A stretch of DNA of 64,000 nt from Candidatus Caldarchaeales archaeon (GCA_039630055.1 JBCNVN010000002.1:76836-140835), one strand, 5' to 3'. Counted from the first letter of the stretch, positions 28,604 through 36,817 are shown. The notes: a model not told the origin generated them from the letters alone. Numbers and translations are program-made.

Positions 28604-29599
28604 ATGAAAGATTTGAGAATAGGGAAAAAAGTGGAGATCAGGACTTATAGCATCTTCGTAGTGCTATGTCTTATCTTAAGTTTTGTCTCTTTTAATGATA
28701 CTGCGGCTAGTGATAATTTTCCACTAATCTCATTGGATAACAGAACAAGAGACCCTCCTCAATATATAGTAAGAATAGAACAAGGCGTTGAACCAGAGCA
28801 ATTCCAACAAGGATGCATTACATGTAGCTATGTGGGAGGATATGAGGACAATCCCTACGATGGCCGTAAAGCTGACGCACTTCGTGCAATATTTTCTTTC
28901 CCTAACACAGACCACTCAGCGATCCCTAACGGACAATATCTGAAGGGATGGGTTGAGTCAACAGTATTTACTAACCTCAATAGTCTAGATTATGGTTACC
29001 GAGTAGGAGTAGAGCTTAACAGAAATGAAATGATAGTCTGGGCTGAAGTCTGGAAATTTTGTGAGGGACTGCCTGGTACTCAGTGTGGTGGCACTTCAGC
29101 CAAGCTATTGTTAGGCATCGGTCGAGTAATAAGGGCATCTCCTTCCGATAAAATCGAAGTGAAGATGCAATGGGATAGCGCAGATGTAGTTGGCTTCTAT
29201 TACAGGATCAACGGAGGCTCCTATGTTAGATTTGCAGAGTATCGCAGACCCCCTGAAGCTCAAAGCAAGTTTAATCTAGGCACGAAATGGAACTTCAATA
29301 TAAGGATGTCTAAATACTTCCAGTTCTCGCTAGAAAGTCCTAGTAACATAAATACAGGAGGATGGAATATGTTGATAGAATACCCTTACTATTTGAACTC
29401 GGGAACATGGAGTTTAGTTAGCAAAGCGCGGGCTGTACATGGAGGAAGCTCATGGCTCGATGCCGTTTGGAGATGGGGATGTGATAATTACATTCGCGTC
29501 AATGCTCAGTACGCTAAGAACTCTAATATCGGGAAATACAAGATTAAGTTCTTCTATACTACTACGACGTTGCCGGATAACACTCTACTTTGGGACTAG
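28604..29599 (+). CDS. secreted or membrane-anchored hypothetical protein, W/Y/G/N-rich (probably beta-rich)
   Basis: 331 aa. The N-terminal signal/anchor is YSIFVVLCLILSFVSF followed by TAASD. The mature part is rich in aromatic residues, Gly and Asn. No family recognised. Confidence 0.6.
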   Translation: MKDLRIGKKVEIRTYSIFVVLCLILSFVSFNDTAASDNFPLISLDNRTRDPPQYIVRIEQGVEPEQFQQGCITCSYVGGYEDNPYDGRKADALRAIFSFPNTDHSAIPNGQYLKGWVESTVFTNLNSLDYGYRVGVELNRNEMIVWAEVWKFCEGLPGTQCGGTSAKLLLGIGRVIRASPSDKIEVKMQWDSADVVGFYYRINGGSYVRFAEYRRPPEAQSKFNLGTKWNFNIRMSKYFQFSLESPSNINTGGWNMLIEYPYYLNSGTWSLVSKARAVHGGSSWLDAVWRWGCDNYIRVNAQYAKNSNIGKYKIKFFYTTTTLPDNTLLWD

Positions 29600-29618
29600 A
29601 TGCTAGGGTTGATCTCAG

Positions 29619-30188
29619 ATGCGTCTCACGTTAGCAGCCATAGTTTACGGGATGGTTGCTTTTGCAAATGTATTGTGGATTTCTACTAGGTGGATAGCTG
29701 GGATCTTAAATGATTGGGATATTATCTTTGGTCTCCTCGGGGTTCTATGGGTAATGGCTACTGTAATGGAGGTTGTGTCCGAAGAGGTCCAGCACCCCAT
29801 CGTAGCAGCAGTATCTCTCTTCAAGCTCTGGGCTATCTCTATAACGTTGTTCCATGAGCTTGACCTTACCGGATTCGGTACATATATGCCTATTAGACTA
29901 CCCCCCAGCTTCTATGCCTATTACGGTCTTTTAGTCATAGCTTCTTATACAGCCTATAGAAAAGGTACAAGGCTCTCTCTTAACAATAAAATTCTTACAA
30001 AGCTGACCGTAGCCATATCCCTTATACTCTGGACTTTACACATATTCTTAGTGACTGTTATACCTATTCTTCATGGATATCAGCCTCCATTATGGATTCC
30101 AATATTTGGAGGGATTTTATCCATCATAGCCATCTGGCTAATAATTACAACAAAACCTCTATTCTCTAAACTGAAAGCTATTACATAG
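29619..30188 (+). CDS. polytopic membrane protein of unknown family (copy 1)
   Basis: 189 aa with about 5-6 TM segments. Starts 19 nt after the secreted-protein gene. Shares ungapped similarity with the ORF at 42150-42707. Confidence 0.6.
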   Translation: MRLTLAAIVYGMVAFANVLWISTRWIAGILNDWDIIFGLLGVLWVMATVMEVVSEEVQHPIVAAVSLFKLWAISITLFHELDLTGFGTYMPIRLPPSFYAYYGLLVIASYTAYRKGTRLSLNNKILTKLTVAISLILWTLHIFLVTVIPILHGYQPPLWIPIFGGILSIIAIWLIITTKPLFSKLKAIT

Positions 30189-30341
30189 ATGGGTCTAAGT
30201 TGTACGTAGATGTCTACTTGAACCTAGAGAATTCATGAACATATGATACTTCAAATAATTTTCCCATGATTCGATGAGTTCGTTAGGTCTTTAATGTTTT
30301 TAACATTTATAGAACCCTAATTAGGGAGATCATAGTATTCG

Positions 30342-31262
30342 ATGAGCACATTAAAGTTAACATTTCTAGGAACCGGCGGTGGAACTCCAAGTATAAGTAG
30401 AGGTCTACCATCTATATCGATAAACTTTTCAGGCGAGCTCATACTATTAGATTGTGGAGAATCTACACAGAGGCAGATGATGAAGGCGGGTGTAGGCTTC
30501 AAGAGCAAATTCACAATATTTTTAACACATCTACATGGAGACCATGTTCTCGGTTTACCTGGATTGCTCTATACATTATCCATGCTCGATAGAAGTGATC
30601 CAATAATCATCTATGGACCTAAGGGTATAGAAGAATTCGTGGAAATGTTTAAGATAACTAGATATGGAAAGATAAAGTTTGAGGTTGAAGTAAGAAGAGT
30701 AAGAGAAGGAATAATCCATGAATCGAAAGATTATGTAGTGGAGGCTATCAAATCTAATCACACTCTCGAGTCTTTCTGTTATATGTTCAGAGAGAAAGAT
30801 AGAGTAGGAAAGGTGAATGTAGAGTATCTTGAGAGCATAGGGTTACCACGTGGTCCACTATGGGGCAAACTCCAGAAAGGTGAGAAAGTAGAATGGATGG
30901 GTAGAGAGATAAAGCCCCAAGAAGCAGTTGGACCTCCTAGACCTGGTAGAAAGATAGTTTATACAGGAGACACTGTCCCAGAAGATAGGATAGTAGACTT
31001 TGCAAGAGGTGCTGACGTCTTGATACATGATTCAACATTTGATTCAAGTTTTGAGAAAGAGGCAGCTGAGCAAGGTCATTCAACTTCTGTTCAAGCTGCT
31101 GAGATCGCTAGGAGAGCTGGAGTTAAACGACTCTATCTATTCCATATAAGTCCGAGATATGAAAGAAACCCTGATAAACTATTACGTGAAGCAATCAAGA
31201 TCTTTCCTGAAACATATCTTGCAGAAGATCTCTTAAGCTACCTTGTCCCATATTCCTTATAG
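30342..31262 (+). CDS. rnz: ribonuclease Z (tRNA 3' endonuclease)
   Basis: Metallo-beta-lactamase motif THLHGDHVLGLPGLL, plus C-terminal HDSTF and HSTSVQAAEIA. 306 aa. Confidence 0.9.
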   Translation: MSTLKLTFLGTGGGTPSISRGLPSISINFSGELILLDCGESTQRQMMKAGVGFKSKFTIFLTHLHGDHVLGLPGLLYTLSMLDRSDPIIIYGPKGIEEFVEMFKITRYGKIKFEVEVRRVREGIIHESKDYVVEAIKSNHTLESFCYMFREKDRVGKVNVEYLESIGLPRGPLWGKLQKGEKVEWMGREIKPQEAVGPPRPGRKIVYTGDTVPEDRIVDFARGADVLIHDSTFDSSFEKEAAEQGHSTSVQAAEIARRAGVKRLYLFHISPRYERNPDKLLREAIKIFPETYLAEDLLSYLVPYSL

Positions 31263-31285
31263 TTCACATAATATTCTCTGTAGTT

Positions 31286-31672
31286 CTACTCTGTTAGCCA
31301 CTCGATTATTTTATCTAGATCTTCAGCTTCAACCTCAACTTTTATTGGTGGTAAAGGAGATTCAATAAATGGTTCAGTAAAAGATGCTTGACCTGCGAAT
31401 GCCGCTTGCTTATTCATGTAGAAGATGATCCTCCCATTCACGATAGATTGTTTAAGAATACTTTTCGCAGCAGCTCTTATCTTCCTCATCCTCAACATAT
31501 TCTTCAGGTTTTCAAGAATAGATAAGTCATCACCTTCTCCGAGTACTATCTCCATATCGCCTAAAGCCTCGATTCTCAAACTGAGAGATGGAAATAGATT
31601 CTTAACCGCTATAATCACCCTATCTCTACTTTCAGTTGGATAGACCTCAGCCTCTACTCTAATCTTCAACAA
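31286..31672 (-). CDS. UPF0201-family (COG1931) putative RNA-binding protein
   Basis: IRVEAEVYPTESRDRVIIAVKNLFP N-terminus and the NKQAAFAGQASF motif match my memory of archaeal UPF0201 proteins. 128 aa. Confidence 0.7.
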   Translation of the reverse strand: MLKIRVEAEVYPTESRDRVIIAVKNLFPSLSLRIEALGDMEIVLGEGDDLSILENLKNMLRMRKIRAAAKSILKQSIVNGRIIFYMNKQAAFAGQASFTEPFIESPLPPIKVEVEAEDLDKIIEWLTE

Positions 31673-32040
31673 GATTACCTCCAGATCTCAAAGATCTCTC
31701 CAAACCTCAAAACATTCCATCTCGTTAAAAAATGAAAAGTATTATAAAAATCGTTTCTTGGAGACCAATACTTTATCTTGAGACCCTGATATTTGTCCAG
31801 GTGCATATACTCTCATCCAGTCTCAATATCTCATAATAAATGGTTAACTCTACAGTCTTAAGAGATTATTGAAATAATGAATTTTGAAAGTTATTCTATA
31901 TATTCTATCTAGCTTTCTGCCTCCCGCCGATCTTTAGAATTATCACTGAATCGATACTCTACTTTCCAGTATACTCTATCCTTGGTTCAATAATTGCTCC
32001 AATCATTCTTCCTTATCATCCTGATCCTTCACTAGGGTTA

Positions 32041-32055
32041 AAAAATTCCAGGTAT
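32041..32055. repeat. left arm of a 15-nt inverted repeat (AAAAATTCCAGGTAT)
   Basis: The reverse complement of 32465-32479 (ATACCTGGAAATTTT) matches at 14 of 15 positions. Contains the TCCAGGTA motif. Confidence 0.7.
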
Positions 32056-32464
32056 ATCTACAATTATATTTCTAGAGTTATTAAGAGGCTTCCTTTACAC
32101 CATAGTTTTAAAATAGATAATAATTTTGTTAGAACCGGGTGATAAGTCTCTACAGATTTTTTTGACAACCTTACAATATTTTCTATGAGACTTCTCAAAC
32201 TCGATACGTGTATCAACCGTGTTAAATAGATTTTCGATGATTTTTTTCCACTAATACCTTATGAAAAGCTACTTTAAAGATTAAGAAAGGCGAATCTGTA
32301 TCTATAGTCAGGTCCTCAGACAACAGTAGATCAGCCCACTTATTAAACTCGTAAAGATAATTATGTAGAGACTTGTTTACTATGTCCATTCGGAGAGGAT
32401 GTGAGAGATTGTTGGCATCAAGTATTATATCTTCTAATCACCTGGATGTAATACTCGGTTTTTC

Positions 32465-32479
32465 ATACCTGGAAATTTT
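32465..32479. repeat. right arm of a 15-nt inverted repeat (ATACCTGGAAATTTT)
   Basis: Partner of 32041-32055. The arms span 439 bp end to end. Confidence 0.7.
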
Positions 32480-32639
32480 CATGTGCACAGAGTTTTAGAA
32501 AAAATATGATATTATCTCGTAAAAAAATTGATCTCTAAGCTTATAGCTCATCCATAAACATAAAGTATATAGATCTCTTAGAGGAGGTTGAGGATACCAA
32601 GGAAAAACTTAAAAATCGTAAACCATTCATCTAATATTA

Positions 32640-32698
32640 GGATGATGTATCTGACCAGGCTGACCTATACGGGATGATCGGGATCTTGAGCGCTGATC
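32640..32698 (+). ncRNA. candidate C/D-box sRNA (2'-O-methylation guide)
   Basis: C box AUGAUGU (32642-32648), 11-nt guide, D' CUGA (32660-32663), 10-nt spacer, C' AUGAUCG (32674-32680), 12-nt guide, D CUGA (32693-32696). About 58 nt in total. Both guides are GC-rich against AT-rich flanks. C' is degenerate and the terminal stem is weak. Confidence 0.4.
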
Positions 32699-32902
32699 AA
32701 AACAATTGATTGAGATCATCTTCTATCATCTCTCTTCATCTCAATTCTCATGTATCCAATGTTTGGAAGACATTCTAAACCACCAGATTAATCTTCCACT
32801 ATAGCTCTTAAACATGTGAAAAATCAGAGAATAATTAGAGATGATATAATCATCTGCATAGAATCTCTTAACGAGGTCGAAGAGAATATAAGGGGATTAT
32901 TA

Positions 32903-33187
32903 TCATATCTGGATCCCTTGTAGGAGATTGTATGAGATTATCCATGTTATCAGCCAGAGGGCTCCATATGTTCCAGAACCTGTAAGATATAGTTTTCTCC
33001 CTAAAGATTTTCTAGATTCTTCTCTGATCAGAATTCTTAGAATAACCGATGAGATTACGTAGACCGTTATCGCCGTGAATATGGCGATTAATGTGCTAAG
33101 TCTATCTATTCTGAGGATAGATGTTAGGAGCCCCAGTAGACATCCACCAACCGCTCTACCCCAATAGATCTTATCTTCAAGCTTCAA
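32903..33187 (-). CDS. small membrane protein (2-3 TM), unknown family
   Basis: 94-aa ORF with hydrophobic segments AVGGCLLGLLTSIL, LIAIFTAITVYVISSVIL and GALWLITWIISYNL. Confidence 0.5.
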   Translation of the reverse strand: MKLEDKIYWGRAVGGCLLGLLTSILRIDRLSTLIAIFTAITVYVISSVILRILIREESRKSLGRKLYLTGSGTYGALWLITWIISYNLLQGIQI

Positions 33188-33345
33188 CTCAGCATCATTT
33201 AAAGAATAAGGGTCAAGCCTTATTTAAGCTACTCGACTAGTGAAAAAATAAAATTTGAGCGATCTCTTAAAGGAAAATGAAAGATTTAATATTGTTGAAG
33301 AACATGTTCTTTGTAGGGTTGGACTCTTAATCCACTAACATATCG

Positions 33346-35277
33346 ATGGTGATCGAGGTGGAGCTATCCTACATCGAACTTAAAAGATTGGTTGAAGAAG
33401 TTAAAGAAAGAATAGTAGACTCTAGGATTGAGAATGTTTACAATATGGAAGACGGCTCATTGATTCTAAAGCTCTGGAAGAGTGGTGAGAGATACGAGTT
33501 GAGAATAGTTCCAGGCAGATGCTTCTATCTAGTTAAAGGAGAATATAAGAAGCCTCAAACCCCTATCGAGCAAGTATTAAGATTTAGAAGAGTTTTGAAT
33601 GGTTCGTCTATCAGAGAGCTTAGATTAATCGAGGGGGAGAGGATACTGGTATTTAATATTAAGAAAAATATAGGTGTGGAATACTTACTCGTATCGGAGC
33701 TTCTACCTAGAGGGACTATAATCCTTCTAGACAGCAATAGAAAGATAGTTGAAACTTTAGAGAAGCTTAAGATGCGTGACCGCAGAGTAGTTCCAGGGGA
33801 AGAGTATAAGCTTCCACCTAGCAGAAAGTCTATCTCAGACATCTCGGATATTGATAAATTCTTGGATTCTGTTGATAAGGATAGGAAGGTTGTTGTAGGA
33901 CTAGCGATCGATGCTGGATTCGGAAGAAAGTATGCTGAAGAAATAGTCTCTATAGCCCAGGTCGAGAAAAATAGAAAGTTCTCAGATCTCTCGTCAATCG
34001 AGCTCGAGAAGATCAAAGATGCGATCATCAGAGTACAAGAGTATGTTAAGATAGGAAAACCAGTTGTCTTGGAATATGAAGATGGAAATGTTGAACCGTT
34101 ACCATATCTTCTTGAATCTATTAAGAGGACAGGTGCAAGGATTAGAGAGATGATAGAATTCAATGAGGCTGTAAGACTATCATATGAGGCTAGTTTATTG
34201 CGGCAAATGCGTCGGGAGAGACTGGAAAAGGTCCAGCGAAGATTAGAGGAGCTTAATAAGGAGCTTGAAAATAAAAATAAAACCATTCAGAACCTTATCC
34301 AGATATCAGGTAAGAAGAAAGAATTGGCTAGATTGATATTAGCTCATGCTAATGAGATAGAAGAATTAAAGAACTCGGATCTTAGTCAAGAAAAGATTCT
34401 AGAAAACTTAACGATTAGAGTCGACAAATCTTCTAAAAAGATCTTGGTAGATTCTCCTATGGGAAGTATGAGTTTAAGACTTGACAAATCTATCGCAAGC
34501 CAAGCATCTGAGATGTTCGAAGAAGTTAAGAGTACAGAAAGTGCAATAAAGAGGTTACAGAGAGAAATATCAGATTTGGAAGATGAGATTAAGAAGGTTT
34601 CAGAGGAAGGTGTACCAGAGATGTATGGTGAGCTTCAGAGTATTACTCCTAAAATTATCGAAGATAGGAGGTCCTGGTATGAGAAGTATAGATGGTTCTA
34701 TACATCGGAGGGTTTTCTAGCCGTAGCTGGGAAAGATGCCTCGAGCAACCATGCTCTGATAAAGAAGCATCTAGAAAAGAACGACCTAGTATTCCATGCA
34801 GAAGTTAAAGGCGCACCTATCCTTATCTTGAAAGATGGAGTAAGGTCTAATGAGCCTTCTAGAATCGAGGCAGCACAGTTTGCAGCATGTTATAGTAAAG
34901 CATGGAAGGAAGGGCTACAATATGTTTCCACATATTATGTTAAACCTGATCAGATATCCCTTACCCCTCCACCTGGCCATTACATCCCTAAGGGCGGGAT
35001 CATAATAAAAGGTGAGAGAAAATATCTAACTGTTAATCTTGCGCTTGGAGTCGGTGTAAGTGATGACAAATTATTGTGGGGGCCATTCCAAACATTTTCA
35101 GGAAGAGTAGATAAGATTGTTAAGATAATCCCGGGGAAGAAGAATGCGAGAATAATTGCTGAAGAGATAGTGGACTATTTATTTAAAGAAATTGATAAAA
35201 ACAAGAAGATTGAACTGGTTGAGAAGATAGTCCAGGTGATACCGTACGGGATGGGAGAGATCTCTCACTATAAGTAG
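33346..35277 (+). CDS. NFACT-family protein (Rqc2/RqcH/FbpA homologue, ribosome quality control)
   Basis: 643 aa. N-terminal NFACT-N-like domain, a central coiled coil and the C-terminal NFACT-R/DUF814 motif YRWFYTSEGFLAVAGKDASSNHALIKKHLEKNDLVFHAEVKGAP. Confidence 0.85.
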   Translation: MVIEVELSYIELKRLVEEVKERIVDSRIENVYNMEDGSLILKLWKSGERYELRIVPGRCFYLVKGEYKKPQTPIEQVLRFRRVLNGSSIRELRLIEGERILVFNIKKNIGVEYLLVSELLPRGTIILLDSNRKIVETLEKLKMRDRRVVPGEEYKLPPSRKSISDISDIDKFLDSVDKDRKVVVGLAIDAGFGRKYAEEIVSIAQVEKNRKFSDLSSIELEKIKDAIIRVQEYVKIGKPVVLEYEDGNVEPLPYLLESIKRTGARIREMIEFNEAVRLSYEASLLRQMRRERLEKVQRRLEELNKELENKNKTIQNLIQISGKKKELARLILAHANEIEELKNSDLSQEKILENLTIRVDKSSKKILVDSPMGSMSLRLDKSIASQASEMFEEVKSTESAIKRLQREISDLEDEIKKVSEEGVPEMYGELQSITPKIIEDRRSWYEKYRWFYTSEGFLAVAGKDASSNHALIKKHLEKNDLVFHAEVKGAPILILKDGVRSNEPSRIEAAQFAACYSKAWKEGLQYVSTYYVKPDQISLTPPPGHYIPKGGIIIKGERKYLTVNLALGVGVSDDKLLWGPFQTFSGRVDKIVKIIPGKKNARIIAEEIVDYLFKEIDKNKKIELVEKIVQVIPYGMGEISHYK

Positions 35278-35480
35278 AGTGAGCTTATGTATAGATTAAG
35301 TCAATAGTATTCAGGTAGTCTGAATCGATTCTACTATAAGACTTCCTCAGAAAATATTATAATATTAACGTATTAGCATATAATAAATCTTCTTGGGTTA
35401 AATCCCTCCAGTAACCATATTAAGTATGGGTTAAACTTTTAAACCCCAATGCTAATATTAACAATGTACTCAAGGGTTAG

Positions 35481-36062
35481 ATGAAGTTGACCACATTAGC
35501 CGATGAGCTAAGGGTTAGAGATGTCATGTCAAGTCCTGTGATAGAAGGTAGTGAGGATGATACGGCTGAACAGATCGCTCATAAGATGGAGAAATACAAT
35601 GTAGGATCGGTTGTCATCACTAGAAACGGTGAACCTATCGGCATTGTTACAAAAACCGACTTGGTGTTTAAGGTTGTCTCAAAAAATCTTAAACCCTCTG
35701 AGGTGAAGACAAGAGATATTATGTCCAGCCCGATCTACTCAATCGAGCCAGAAACATTGATAGAAGAAGCATTAAGGAGGATGAATATACTAAAGGTTAG
35801 TAGGCTTGTAGTAACCTATAAGAATAAATTGGCCGGTATAGTAAGCATTAAGGATATACTCCAAGTAACCCCGGAGATACTCGAGATCGTTAGAGAAAAT
35901 ATGAGGATAAGAGGTGTTACTCTATCTACTAGTAGAGAAGGATATGTTGAAGGATACTGTGATGAATGTGGAGAGTGGTCTGACATGCTATTGAATGTTG
36001 ATGGAAGATACATATGCGAAGAATGCAGATTAGAATTGTCTAAAAGAAGAGTTGAAGAATGA
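35481..36062 (+). CDS. CBS-domain pair protein with a C-terminal zinc ribbon
   Basis: Two CBS repeats (VRDVMSSPVI...IGIVTKTDL and TRDIMSSPIY...AGIVSIKDIL), then CDECGEW...CEEC. Confidence 0.8.
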   Translation: MKLTTLADELRVRDVMSSPVIEGSEDDTAEQIAHKMEKYNVGSVVITRNGEPIGIVTKTDLVFKVVSKNLKPSEVKTRDIMSSPIYSIEPETLIEEALRRMNILKVSRLVVTYKNKLAGIVSIKDILQVTPEILEIVRENMRIRGVTLSTSREGYVEGYCDECGEWSDMLLNVDGRYICEECRLELSKRRVEE

Positions 36063-36520
36063 TGGGAAAAGATGACAGAAGCTTGAGATTCTTAGTAGAT
36101 GCTATGCTTGGAAATCTTGTCTCATGGCTTAGAATACTTGGATATGATACATTATACTGGGATGGGGATGATGATAAATTAGTAGAGAGAGCAATTAGAG
36201 AGAATAGAATTATTTTAACAAAAGATAGAGAACTTTATACGTATGCAAAGAGAACGGGACTTGAAGCTTTCCTAGTAAATGAGAATGATGTAAAAGACAT
36301 ACTTTCAGAGATTAGTAAAAACTATAGAGTATGTTTAGATTTTGATCCTAAACAGACCAGGTGCCCAATATGCAATGGTGAACTTAAGATGAACGAGATT
36401 GGCTCGGGGAAACAGTGGACCTGTATAGTTTGCGGTAAACATTATTGGATAGGTAGCCATTTTAGAAATATTTCTAAGACACTTGAAGAAGCTAAAAAGA
36501 GAACTCAATCTATTCGATGA
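36059..36520 (+). CDS. Mut7-C/DUF82 PIN-like RNase-domain protein with a zinc ribbon
   Basis: The RFLVDAMLGNLVSWLRILGYDT N-terminus is typical of DUF82/Mut7-C. C-terminal CPICNG...CIVCGKHYW. ATGA overlap with the CBS gene stop. Confidence 0.75.
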   Translation: MMGKDDRSLRFLVDAMLGNLVSWLRILGYDTLYWDGDDDKLVERAIRENRIILTKDRELYTYAKRTGLEAFLVNENDVKDILSEISKNYRVCLDFDPKQTRCPICNGELKMNEIGSGKQWTCIVCGKHYWIGSHFRNISKTLEEAKKRTQSIR

Positions 36521-36817
36521 AAATCAATCAACATACCCTATTCTTAAAAGATTCAGCGTCCCGCAAACCATCATATTCCAAACCTTGATAGAAACATTAT
36601 TTATTTCACTATATCTACTATTGAAGATTGTTTAAAGATTTCTTTTTAAAGTTCACTGAAAAACTAGATCCCCTATATACAATTTGTTTAGAATAATAAT
36701 ACTTAGACCACGAATACGTGGTAGTATCTAGTGTAATCAGAGACCTAGAGATTACAAAGTTAAGCTTATAAATATCTCTCAACAAAGTCTAGTTGTTGAA
36801 ATATATTAAGAGAATTA

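Larger units (their letters stand above)
32038..32614 (-). pseudogene. possible decayed gene remnant (stop-poor frames with in-frame stops and frame changes)
   Basis: On the minus strand, one frame runs about 130 codons (32614 down to 32222) with only two internal stops. It contains MDIVNKSLHNYLYEFNKWADLLLSEDLTIDTDSPFLIFKVAFHKVLVEKNHRKSI. Downstream, two other frames stay open for about 50-60 codons each. No homologue recognised. Confidence 0.25.

Noticed and set aside
30315-30326. Perfect 12-nt palindrome CCCTAATTAGGG, 16 nt upstream of the rnz start
   Set aside because: It is a single short palindrome that overlaps the likely ribosome-binding region (GGGAG). It has no second copy and no supporting context for an operator.
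28283-30341. Calling 28604-30188 a clear horizontally transferred genomic island
   Set aside because: GC content and CGN-Arg usage are higher than in neighbours, but other native-looking genes such as the coxL-like gene reach similar GC in hand counts. I found no flanking direct repeats, tRNA or integrase. It is kept only as a weak possibility within the finding.
33555-34286. Long antisense ORFs. The clearest is this 243-aa ORF opposite the NFACT gene. Others are 41340-41780, 27739-28161, 15707-16090, 17036-17401, 38698-39105, 6339-6701 and 59169-59564.
   Set aside because: They are Ser/Leu/Ile/Phe-rich, low-complexity shadow frames opposite E/K/R-rich genes with clear homology. No motifs are present, and each lies fully inside a better-supported CDS.
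35395-35409. GGGTTAAATCCCTCC, resembling the T arm and 3' end of the tRNA at 1561-1577 (possible att-site remnant)
   Set aside because: The similarity covers only ~15 nt of a motif common to many tRNAs. No tRNA-like sequence lies upstream. The 34 kb between the two copies is core housekeeping DNA, not an integrated element.
36545-36625. Possible minus-strand C/D sRNA (AUGAUGG, 11-nt guide UUUGCGGGACG, CUGA)
   Set aside because: Only the C'/D half is convincing. The putative C box (GUGAAAU) and D' box (UAUC) are poor, and the first guide would be almost pure A/U.
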